From positions 1 through 56,230 of IMG/VR virus record IMGVR_UViG_3300043464_001636: 56,230 nt of DNA, one strand, 5' to 3'. A program made the position numbers and the translations under genes. The notes below the pieces were generated by a model, which was given only the letters and a program-made list of their open reading frames with translations, ran no database searches and was not told the DNA's origin. This DNA comes from a virus. Its lineage: Duplodnaviria; Caudoviricetes. Numbering within the stretch: the stretch's first letter is position 1; every line of letters begins with the position of its first letter. Positions 7,837-15,009 of this stretch are shown in pieces.

Positions 7837-8051
7837 TTGTCGGATCCAGCAACCAGGGCCAGCGTGAGCGCGTCAATGGCCTTCTTCTGCTCGTCGGCAA
7901 GATTCTCCGTCGCAAGCAGGCGAGCGCGGACGAGCGCAAGGTTCGCAATCGCTTCTTGGTACGTTGGCCCTACCTTCGGAATTACCTTCAGTTGCGGCCA
8001 CAGGCCGACCGCCACTGCGGCCACTGCGGCCGCTATCTGCGCCCAGTTCAT
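7833..8051 (-). CDS. Small membrane protein (holin/spanin-like candidate)
   Basis: MNWAQIAAAVAAVAVGLWP; ATGA overlaps. Confidence 0.65.
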   Translation of the reverse strand: MNWAQIAAAVAAVAVGLWPQLKVIPKVGPTYQEAIANLALVRARLLATENLADEQKKAIDALTLALVAGSDK

Positions 8052-8320
8052 GTGCTCACCTTTGCGACAACCCAATCAAACGCCGCCTTGCCCTCGTTGC
8101 TCTTCAGGATCGCCTCGATATGAAAAAGAGCCTCGTCGTCGAGTTCCGTATTTGACTTGCCAGCAGCCCACTGCAGAGCGTCGACGATAGCCGTCGCTCT
8201 TTCCATCGGCTCCCTGGCCTCGAAGATCACCTGAAGGCGCGCAATCAGCGGAGCCCACTCAGTCAGAAGCTTGATCTTCTCCAGAAAGCTCAGATTGCTG
8301 CCGTAAACTTCCTCGTCCAT
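8048..8320 (-). CDS. Hypothetical protein
   Basis: AAGGAGG RBS in a hairpin loop. Confidence 0.75.
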   Translation of the reverse strand: MDEEVYGSNLSFLEKIKLLTEWAPLIARLQVIFEAREPMERATAIVDALQWAAGKSNTELDDEALFHIEAILKSNEGKAAFDWVVAKVST

Positions 8321-8486
8321 CTTTTTGCGCCTCCTTGCGCTCGTGCTTTGCTCGAAACAAAAGGTAAGACACGCTGTCCGTGCGTCGTCTGCTTGTAAGC
8401 TTGCCCCAGTGGCTCGGCGGCGGCTCCGGGACGCTGGCCATCAGCGGCGGCTCGTCGTTGCCGTAAGCCAATGGGTTGTCATTCAT
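8259..8486 (-). CDS. Hypothetical protein
   Basis: ORF fills the operon gap but overlaps the next gene by 62 nt. Confidence 0.45.
   Translation of the reverse strand: MNDNPLAYGNDEPPLMASVPEPPPSHWGKLTSRRRTDSVSYLLFRAKHERKEAQKDGRGSLRQQSELSGEDQASD
8327..8340 (-). promoter_or_regulatory. RBS stem-loop GCGC-AAGGAG-GCGC, candidate CsrA site
   Basis: 4-bp stem with ANGGAN hexaloop, 6 nt before the ATG at 8320. Confidence 0.6.
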
Positions 8487-8667
8487 TGACCACCGCGTTC
8501 ATGAAGTCGTAGAGGTCGTCGAACGACACGCGGGCCGCTTCAGCCGCCTCGGAAGAGGAGACCTTTGCGTCGAACTTCCAGATCTCGTCGTCAATCACCT
8601 CGCCGCCGTTGATCAGCATGAGGCGGGCCTCACGGGCGGCTATCAGCAGGCGCACTTCCGCCAGCAT
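8479..8667 (-). CDS. Hypothetical protein
   Basis: GGAGG RBS. Confidence 0.65.
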   Translation of the reverse strand: MLAEVRLLIAAREARLMLINGGEVIDDEIWKFDAKVSSSEAAEAARVSFDDLYDFMNAVVNE

Positions 8668-8995
8668 GATTATGTCCTCCGGTAGCCTCTTTCATTCTAC
8701 CGAAGTCAGCGCCCCCAATGCGGGCTTCCCGCTCCGCCGGTGTCCACGATTGGCGTATCTCTGCGCACGCCAGCCGTATCTCGGCGGGCGTCGGAATGTA
8801 GTCGTTCGGCTCGACGCGCTCTGGTAATTGCATGTGCTCGGCGATGTCGAGCACCATCGCAGTCGTGAAATCCACGATCTCGCAATCGCCGAAATCGACA
8901 GACGAGATAGAAAGCTCTTCTGCGACCTCATCAAGAGTCAGCCCTCCTCGCCACAGCCTTCGCATGGCACGCTTCTGATTTGGCGTCAATCTCAT
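8630..8995 (-). CDS. HTH-containing hypothetical protein, paralog of 11356-11646
   Basis: LTLDEVAEELSIS HTH-like segment; PTPAEIRLACAEIRQSWT. Confidence 0.7.
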   Translation of the reverse strand: MRLTPNQKRAMRRLWRGGLTLDEVAEELSISSVDFGDCEIVDFTTAMVLDIAEHMQLPERVEPNDYIPTPAEIRLACAEIRQSWTPAEREARIGGADFGRMKEATGGHNHAGGSAPADSRP

Positions 8996-9846
8996 TGCCA
9001 GATGGCGACGTAGCGGCAGCCTGGGTTGAGGTACAGTTGGTAGCCTGCCCTTCGCAAACTCTGATGAAAAGGAACGTGCTCGCAGTCCTCGCCGTCGTAC
9101 TGCCCATCCAGGTAGGCGCGAGTCGGATAGACGCAGAGTCCGCCAAATGCCGAGTTCATCGGGATGGGCGGCGAACCCACCGGCGGAAGGAGCGTCGAGA
9201 ACCAGGCGAAGCCGACTTCCTCCTTCCGGTCGTGCCACCAGTTGAGTCTTGCGGCCCACGAGTCGTACTGCGCGATGTCTTTGCCGCCTCGTTCGTTTGT
9301 CGTTCCGTAGAGACTGAAGCTCGCCATTGCGCCGGGTGCTAGAACCGCCGGCTGCGCCTGCAGTGCGCATAGGCAGGCGATCGAGTGAAACACGCCGTCG
9401 ACGCTGAAGCCGTGATGCGGATCAACGTCAAGCACGATCGTCCAGGAAGTGTTGAAGGCGTTGCGCCGCACCCACTCTTGGCATTTTGTCCTGCAGGCGG
9501 CGAGGCGCCTGGTTCTTTCTTTCTCGAACCCGCGGCCGTCGCAGACACCGAGAGTTTCGTGTTCGACGGTGGCCCACTGCCTCGTGGCGGCGTGGGCGTC
9601 GAGCACGCGGGCCGTATCGTCGGCGGAGTCGTTCTCATAGACGTAGAGGCGGCAGTCATTGAATCCACGCTGCAACTCGTCGACCAACTCCAGCGTGTTT
9701 TGCAGGTGAGGCATCGCGTTCCTTGCGATCGTCACGATCACGGCGTCGAGATTGCTGGCCGTCTGCCGGCCGATTCGCACCTTTGCCTCGTAGTCTTCGG
9801 CGTACTCTTGATCGACGGGCCAGATGTTTTCAGGTCGCAGCGGCAC
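8992..9846 (-). CDS. GT-A glycosyltransferase, CAP59/GT69-like
   Basis: YENDSADDT, RLAACR, DVD (DxD), SAFGGLCVY, CEHVPFH. Confidence 0.8.
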   Translation of the reverse strand: MPLRPENIWPVDQEYAEDYEAKVRIGRQTASNLDAVIVTIARNAMPHLQNTLELVDELQRGFNDCRLYVYENDSADDTARVLDAHAATRQWATVEHETLGVCDGRGFEKERTRRLAACRTKCQEWVRRNAFNTSWTIVLDVDPHHGFSVDGVFHSIACLCALQAQPAVLAPGAMASFSLYGTTNERGGKDIAQYDSWAARLNWWHDRKEEVGFAWFSTLLPPVGSPPIPMNSAFGGLCVYPTRAYLDGQYDGEDCEHVPFHQSLRRAGYQLYLNPGCRYVAIWQ

Positions 9847-10474
9847 AGAGCCTCCTGACTTCGCCGATACGATCTTCGTACATGGTCACATGGACGAAAT
9901 TCGGCTCCGGCACCTTCCCGGAGTCGTAGGGGTGGTGGTTCCACTTCGCGTCCAGGAATGTCGTGGCCGAGAGCAGCGGCGTTTCGGCGATTCGTCTCGT
10001 CTGCGTGCAGCCGTTTGTGTGGGCAACCGAGTAGCCAAGCTGCTCCAAAAACGCGGCCTGCTCCCACCACGGGTGGTTGAGGTACTTCTGGAGCGACTCT
10101 CGCCAAATCTTGTCGAGCGTCGGGGCAAGCGACTTTCTCGCCACCCATACGCCGAAGTTTGGGACGTCTCCGCACGGTGTATGGTGCTCGACAACCGCCA
10201 GCGACGAACTCTCTGCGACGTCTGCGAATATGCTGTCGAGGCTACGAAACACCACGACGTCGGCGTCGATCCACAACACCTCGTCGAACTGCTCGAGCGC
10301 CTTGAGAACGTATGGCACCTTGACCCAAGAAGCCGGTACTCCGGCCATCTGGAGGTTGACGCACGAAAACTCAGCGCCGTGCGTGTGGGCGTAGGAGTGA
10401 ATCAGCGGCGCCGTGTGAGAAGCCATCATCCCAAACGGCGTCCCTGTCCAGCCGGTCATTACGAGGCGACTCAT
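9830..10474 (-). CDS. GT-A glycosyltransferase, GT34 (GMA12/MNN10)-like
   Basis: SWVKV, VLWIDADVV, NFGVW, WWEQAAF. Confidence 0.82.
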   Translation of the reverse strand: MSRLVMTGWTGTPFGMMASHTAPLIHSYAHTHGAEFSCVNLQMAGVPASWVKVPYVLKALEQFDEVLWIDADVVVFRSLDSIFADVAESSSLAVVEHHTPCGDVPNFGVWVARKSLAPTLDKIWRESLQKYLNHPWWEQAAFLEQLGYSVAHTNGCTQTRRIAETPLLSATTFLDAKWNHHPYDSGKVPEPNFVHVTMYEDRIGEVRRLCAAAT

Positions 10475-11037
10475 TTCTTGATGATGAACGACGTGTACCC
10501 GTCCATCGCCATGCCGTAGATCATCAGATCGTGCTCGTCCAGGAACTCGTCGACAGCTCGCTTGACGCCGAAGTTTGCGTAATGCGAAGCGTCGACACAC
10601 TTCTCGGCGTTGATCGAGTAATCGTGGCCGGCGATGAAGCCGCCGTAGCGGACGAGCCGCCACGCCTGCGCGAGGTCGTTCTTGACGCCTTCGTATGAGT
10701 GGTCTGCGTCCAGATAAATGAAGTCGAGCGAGTGGTCGGAGAGCGTCGGCAGAACCTGCGACGATGGGCCGGAGTAGACCTCGACGCCCTGGCGGGTGGC
10801 TGCCAGAGCCTTAGAAGCGTCCAGCATAAAGTCGCCCGAAAGCGTCCTGCCGTTGCCGCCGTGCTCGTCACCCGAGAATGTCCATGCCTGAAATAAGTCC
10901 ACGAGCACAAGCCTCGCCGGGTCGCAGATGGCCGCGATCTGCCGCGAGAAGTCTCCGGCGAACACGCCGACCTCGCAGCACTCGCCGCCCTGCGGAATCT
11001 CGTGGAGCATCTCTGTTCTGCTCTCAAATCGAATCAT
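10471..11037 (-). CDS. Class I SAM-dependent methyltransferase (Methyltransf_24-like)
   Basis: EVGVFAGDFS, DFIYLDADHSYEGVKNDL, GGFIAGHDY. Confidence 0.88.
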   Translation of the reverse strand: MIRFESRTEMLHEIPQGGECCEVGVFAGDFSRQIAAICDPARLVLVDLFQAWTFSGDEHGGNGRTLSGDFMLDASKALAATRQGVEVYSGPSSQVLPTLSDHSLDFIYLDADHSYEGVKNDLAQAWRLVRYGGFIAGHDYSINAEKCVDASHYANFGVKRAVDEFLDEHDLMIYGMAMDGYTSFIIKK

Positions 11038-11324
11038 TCGATTCCCTCCAGAAATTGCCTCGCCTCAGCGGCAGAGTAGGCAACTGTCACGGGACACCCA
11101 GCCGTGGCTAGTTCTTGCATCCGATGCTCTTGGATCCTTGAGGGGGCATTGCCCTCGACCTTGACCTCGATCCAGGCGGCTTTGCCGCCCTTGATGGCCA
11201 AGACGTCTGGCAGGCCGGCCAACTGGAAGGCATTGCCGTGGATCTTGACCGCGTACCACCCGAGAGAACGCGCGGCGGCCATGACTTTGGCTACCACGGT
11301 TCTCTCGAGTGGTTTTTTCTTCAC
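11034..11324 (-). CDS. VRR-NUC domain nuclease
   Basis: GLPDVL...WIEVK...Q, PD-(D/E)xK pattern. Confidence 0.88.
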   Translation of the reverse strand: MKKKPLERTVVAKVMAAARSLGWYAVKIHGNAFQLAGLPDVLAIKGGKAAWIEVKVEGNAPSRIQEHRMQELATAGCPVTVAYSAAEARQFLEGIE

Positions 11325-11330
11325 AGGCTG

Positions 11331-11359
11331 ATTGTGTCGGCCTGTAGAAAACGCGTCAA
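11331..11359 (-). promoter_or_regulatory. Sigma-70-type promoter, probably leaderless
   Basis: TTGACG-N17-CACAAT-N6-GTG start. Confidence 0.55.
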
Positions 11360-11646
11360 GACTGAATCATGCGGCACACCGGCGGTCGCCAGCGGTGTGC
11401 CGGAGTCCTGTTTCTGACCTGACTGCGAGTCCACGAGGCGCGGATCTCTGCAGATCTGGCCTCGATCTCCTCTGGGGTCGGGTCGAGTTCGCCTGCCATG
11501 CGCTTGCCGCCTTCGCGCTTGGGCAACTTCAGCCGCTTCGCCTCACGGTAAAGCGGCGTCAAAGTAGTCCCAAGCAGAGCGGCGACCTCTCGCGTGCGCA
11601 GGGAATCGTCGGCCCAGAGTTCTCGCAGTTTCTGCTCGTCGATCAT
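11356..11646 (-). CDS. HTH-containing hypothetical protein, paralog of 8630-8995
   Basis: LRTREVAALLGTT; PTPEEIEARSAEIRASWT. Confidence 0.7.
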   Translation of the reverse strand: MIDEQKLRELWADDSLRTREVAALLGTTLTPLYREAKRLKLPKREGGKRMAGELDPTPEEIEARSAEIRASWTRSQVRNRTPAHRWRPPVCRMIQS

Positions 11647-11933
11647 CACTCGTACCTCACGCACGCGTACCAGCCGCGAACGCCGCGGGCTACGCCGACC
11701 TCGCGGACGCGGTAGCGTCCCCAGAAGCAGCAGTTCTTGATGGCCGCATCGGCCGAAACTGCCGAGAATCCGACACCCTCACGCCGCCCGCCGGCACCGC
11801 CGCAGTGGCCCAAGATCCCTCTTCGGGCCATCGTTTCGGCCGACTGCTGGGCCGTCACAATTACTGTGACAGTCTGGGCAGAAGCAACCGACGCGAACAG
11901 CAGGCACAGGGACAAAACAACCGTCTTCATCAA
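11646..11933 (-). CDS. Secreted mini CAP/SCP-like protein
   Basis: Signal peptide; AQQSAETMA...GH...EGVG...CC...GVA...WYAC pattern. Confidence 0.6.
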   Translation of the reverse strand: MMKTVVLSLCLLFASVASAQTVTVIVTAQQSAETMARRGILGHCGGAGGRREGVGFSAVSADAAIKNCCFWGRYRVREVGVARGVRGWYACVRYE

Positions 11934-11944
11934 GACCTCCGTTT

Positions 11945-12157
11945 CTAAGGAACAGCTCTCTCAACCACAAACCGAGTCATTTCTTCACGAAACGACTCGA
12001 CCGACTCAACCATCATCTGTGCCGCAAACGCCAGCGCCGGTGCTTCGCACCGCTTGGCGGCGTCGGCCATTTGTTTCGTCATCTCGATCATGGAAGACAG
12101 GGCGTCTCGCATCTCTGCGAGTAGCGTGTATGCCTCGGAGATGTTGTCTTCATCCAT
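11945..12157 (-). CDS. Hypothetical helical protein
   Basis: TGATG overlap. Confidence 0.65.
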   Translation of the reverse strand: MDEDNISEAYTLLAEMRDALSSMIEMTKQMADAAKRCEAPALAFAAQMMVESVESFREEMTRFVVERAVP

Positions 12158-12591
12158 CAGACTCGCTCCCATCGCTGGACGTTCTTGCGCTCAAAGAGTT
12201 GCGGATAGACTCCTGCCCTGCGGGCGACGAGCAGCATGTGCGGATGAAACACGGCGATATTTCCGCTGCCGTAAAGCGGCCCAGCCGTCAGCGCGCTCAC
12301 GGCAAGCGTGGCCAGCCCCCGGTTGCGGAGTTGCGGGCTGACGAAGGCTTCGAGCGTGTCCCACGAACAGGCTGGGTTTTCCTCCCAGCGCTCACTTCTC
12401 GCCCAGCCGACGATCTCGCCGTCGAGTTTCACGACCGCCAGATAGCCGTCGTCTTCGTGCGGCGTGTCTCCGGCCCTGTAACGACGCAACTTCTTCTGAA
12501 AGTCGCTTCCGGTGTGACACAGGTGTTCGGAGATCTCGCGGAAATACTTCTGGAACGCGCCGATCTCATCGAGAACAAGTTTCAGCCTCAC
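12157..12591 (-). CDS. GNAT-family acetyltransferase
   Basis: DGEIVGWA and motif A FVSPQLRNRGLAT; AAGGAGG RBS before GTG. Confidence 0.72.
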   Translation of the reverse strand: MRLKLVLDEIGAFQKYFREISEHLCHTGSDFQKKLRRYRAGDTPHEDDGYLAVVKLDGEIVGWARSERWEENPACSWDTLEAFVSPQLRNRGLATLAVSALTAGPLYGSGNIAVFHPHMLLVARRAGVYPQLFERKNVQRWERV

Positions 12592-13303
12592 GCAGCCTCC
12601 TTTGTGCAATCGCGGCGTACTCTGGATTCAGTTCGATGCCGATGCCGTCGCGGTACATTTCTTGTGCCACGGCGAGCGTTGTGCCAGACCCCAGAAACGG
12701 ATCGAGCACGACGTCGCCTGGGTTGCTCGAGACGCCGATGATGCGACGCACGAGTTCAGACGGCAGTTGCGTCGGCACGCCCTTGACGCGTTCCTTGAAC
12801 GTCCCGCACACGCGGCTGATCTTCCAGACGTCGCCCATGATCTTGCCGCCGGCGGCTGCCCGCTTGTCGCCGTAGACTTCTTGGCGGGCCGAAGGAACAG
12901 TCACGACTTCAGAATTGAAGGTGAAGTTCTTATCGTCCTTGACGGCGTAATAGATCGGCCTGCTCGTTCGGGCGAACTTCTTCCGACACTGGACGCCAAA
13001 GGTCTCGTGCCAAGTGATGCGGTTGCGGATGGCGAAATCACAGTTCTGCAGGGCGATGTCGATGTCGGCCCCGTGCTCTTGGCCGCTGATGATCCAGATG
13101 GAGCCGTGAGGCTTGAGCGCTCGGTAGCACCAGTTGATCCATCGCTCGCACCAAATGTCGTAGTCGGCTCGCCTGTCGGCTCGCTGTCCAGATCCGTAGT
13201 CGATTCCGATGTTGTACGGCGGGTCGGCAACAATGAGGTCGACGCTATCGCGGGGGAGTTCAGACAGCACTTTGCAGCAGTCGCCGACGATGATGTTGGT
13301 CAT
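12566..13303 (-). CDS. DNA N6-adenine/N4-cytosine methyltransferase (beta class)
   Basis: DPPY precedes DPFLGSGTT. Confidence 0.93.
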   Translation of the reverse strand: MTNIIVGDCCKVLSELPRDSVDLIVADPPYNIGIDYGSGQRADRRADYDIWCERWINWCYRALKPHGSIWIISGQEHGADIDIALQNCDFAIRNRITWHETFGVQCRKKFARTSRPIYYAVKDDKNFTFNSEVVTVPSARQEVYGDKRAAAGGKIMGDVWKISRVCGTFKERVKGVPTQLPSELVRRIIGVSSNPGDVVLDPFLGSGTTLAVAQEMYRDGIGIELNPEYAAIAQRRLREAETCSR

Positions 13304-14232
13304 AGGGCGAGAATCCTTTCTCCAATCCATCGCATCACCGGCACGGCCATCGAGTTGCCTACGGCGCCGTAGCGGGCCGTGTCTGATGCAGGTTTCCCTT
13401 TGAACAAGATGTCTGTGTGAGAGCCAGAGAATCCCTGAAGTCTCTCGAACTCAGATGGCGTAAGCCTGCGTGGCCGGCCGTCTGGCTCGACGATGATCGT
13501 TGTTGCACGAGAGTCGCCGCAGTCGAACAGCGTTGCCGTCGGCGAAATGTCGCCTCGAACCCAGGTCTCGCAGTCTGTTTTGCTCTGCGCCCGGCGGGAC
13601 TTCGTGAACACTAGACGGCCATCAGTGCCGCCTGAAGTTCCGGTGGTAGCGACTTCCCTTTCCTCGAACCCCTCTCCAAAATCCCCCGACAGGTCTTTCG
13701 GCTCAAAAAGAACTTCTGCGGCACGCTCTGAACCTCGAGAATTTCCGACAAGGAACAAGCGACGGCGCCGCTGTGGAACTCCGAAGTATTTAGCGTCGAG
13801 TATCCGGTACGCGAACCCATAGCCGAACTCATCCAGCGCCCCGAGGATGGCGCCAAAGTCCCGTCCTCCGTTCGCAGTAAGGACGCCTGGGACGTTTTCC
13901 CAGACGACCCACTGCGGCTGCATTTGCCCGACGAGCTGCATGAACCGCATGGCGAGGTTCCCTCGCGGGTCTGACAGCCCCTCGCGGACGCAGGCCGCAA
14001 CGCTAAATGACTGGCAGGGGGTTCCTCCGACAAGAATGTCAACTGCTCCTCTTTCATGGATCGCCTCCGGCCGGATGGCCGTCATATCTCCCAGGTTGGT
14101 GACTCCGTACCGCTGTTCGCAGACACTCGCCGCGAACGCGTCGATTTCACTCACCCATGCACATTCCATGCCAAGCGGCATCCATGCTTCGTGAACTGCG
14201 CCGATTCCATCGCACACGCTGGCGTATCTCAC
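13300..14232 (-). CDS. DNA cytosine-C5 methyltransferase
   Basis: CDGIG, GTPCQSFS, ENV, QRRRR, RRLTPSEFERLQGF, GNSM. Confidence 0.95.
   Translation of the reverse strand: MRYASVCDGIGAVHEAWMPLGMECAWVSEIDAFAASVCEQRYGVTNLGDMTAIRPEAIHERGAVDILVGGTPCQSFSVAACVREGLSDPRGNLAMRFMQLVGQMQPQWVVWENVPGVLTANGGRDFGAILGALDEFGYGFAYRILDAKYFGVPQRRRRLFLVGNSRGSERAAEVLFEPKDLSGDFGEGFEEREVATTGTSGGTDGRLVFTKSRRAQSKTDCETWVRGDISPTATLFDCGDSRATTIIVEPDGRPRRLTPSEFERLQGFSGSHTDILFKGKPASDTARYGAVGNSMAVPVMRWIGERILAL
13309..13322 (-). promoter_or_regulatory. RBS stem-loop GAGA-AAGGAT-TCTC, candidate CsrA site
   Basis: ANGGAN hexaloop 5 nt before the ATG at 13303. Confidence 0.55.
13611..14057 (-). CDS. Nested alternative-frame protein resembling the M.EcoHK31I beta polypeptide
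   Basis: GGAGG-N6-ATG; SSGRWMSSAM...TLNTSEF...CSLSEILE...FFLS...GILER...GKSLP; lies wholly inside the C5-MTase gene. Confidence 0.7.
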   Translation of the reverse strand: MKEEQLTFLSEEPPASHLALRPASARGCQTREGTSPCGSCSSSGKCSRSGSSGKTSQASLLRTEDGTLAPSSGRWMSSAMGSRTGYSTLNTSEFHSGAVACSLSEILEVQSVPQKFFLSRKTCRGILERGSRKGKSLPPELQAALMAV

Positions 14233-14327
14233 TCCTCACCGCCCGTCATGTACGGCCAGATGGACAAATAGAAAACGAGGCCGGCGAGCGCCAGGATGGC
14301 GCCGGCGTTGGCTAGGTCGTGATTCAT
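14229..14327 (-). CDS. Small membrane peptide (32 aa)
   Basis: MNHDLANAGAILALAGLVFYLSIWPY; start/stop overlaps at both ends. Confidence 0.5.
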   Translation of the reverse strand: MNHDLANAGAILALAGLVFYLSIWPYMTGGEE

Positions 14328-14497
14328 TGCTTCGCCGGCTTCTCTGCGAGAAGCTCCTCGCGGAGTACGCGAATCTGCTCCGGCGCCTTGATGCCAAGCC
14401 GCACCCGGCCGTTTGGCAGCACTGCCGCGATCACGATCTCGACGTTCAACTCTGGGAGAACGACCTTCTCTCCCTCTTTTCTCGTCACAACAAGCAT
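14324..14497 (-). CDS. csrA: Carbon storage regulator CsrA/RsmA-family RNA-binding protein (57 aa, not in ORF track)
   Basis: Manual translation MLVVTRKEGEKVVLPELNVEIVIAAVLPNGRVRLGIKAPEQIRVLREELLAEKPAKQ; keeps MLxxTR.xGE, VRLGI.AP and R-E-E. Confidence 0.92.
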   Translation of the reverse strand: MLVVTRKEGEKVVLPELNVEIVIAAVLPNGRVRLGIKAPEQIRVLREELLAEKPAKQ

Positions 14498-14499
14498 CG

Positions 14500-14515
14500 T
14501 CCGACTCCTTTCGGA
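14500..14515 (-). promoter_or_regulatory. csrA RBS stem-loop TCCGA-AAGGAG-TCGGA, candidate autoregulatory site
   Basis: Perfect 5-bp stem with ANGGAN hexaloop, 2 nt before the ATG. Confidence 0.65.
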
Positions 14516-14532
14516 ATATGTGCTTTGGTAGC

Positions 14533-15009
14533 CTATGACCGACCCGCACGAGAGTCAAGCCACGTTCTGCACGCTTTCTGAACCGCGGCTCTTTTATGAG
14601 AACAAGCCGCCCACTCGATGTAGTCCATGCCGTTCTCTTCTTTTGCCGCATCGTCAATCGTGCGTCCCTCGAATATGCCGTCGCGGAAGGTGAAGGTCTG
14701 TCCCTGTGATTCTGGAAGAATCCCGGGAACAGACGTCACCCACTGACCAGTCCCGCAGATCATGCACTCCAGTTTCCATTCGTCCTTGTAGTCGTCGATG
14801 ATGTCGAACTGCTGCGATTTGCATCGCGTATCTGCACACTCATGCAAATCGCGTACCTGTCCGAGAATTTCGGCTGTGTAGATCGGAGGAGGGAAATCAG
14901 TCGTGGCTTCGGACGAAGCCACGACCTGCTCTCCCATTCTCCGACTAGACCTGCCCTTCTTTTTGACTGGCTCGTCGTCAGAGATGTCGAACAGAAGGCT
15001 CTGGTTCAC
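14533..15009 (-). CDS. Hypothetical protein with Zn-ribbon-like Cys pairs
   Basis: CADTRC...CMICG; GTGA overlap with the helicase stop. Confidence 0.65.
   Translation of the reverse strand: MNQSLLFDISDDEPVKKKGRSSRRMGEQVVASSEATTDFPPPIYTAEILGQVRDLHECADTRCKSQQFDIIDDYKDEWKLECMICGTGQWVTSVPGILPESQGQTFTFRDGIFEGRTIDDAAKEENGMDYIEWAACSHKRAAVQKACRTWLDSRAGRS

Noticed and set aside
12566-14232. Complete restriction-modification system
   Set aside because: No cognate restriction endonuclease is adjacent; these are orphan MTases typical of phage anti-restriction, and VRR-NUC and HNH have other usual roles
14229-14657. 142-aa ORF spanning the csrA locus
   Set aside because: Only its last 32 codons look coding; the real gene here is csrA in another frame
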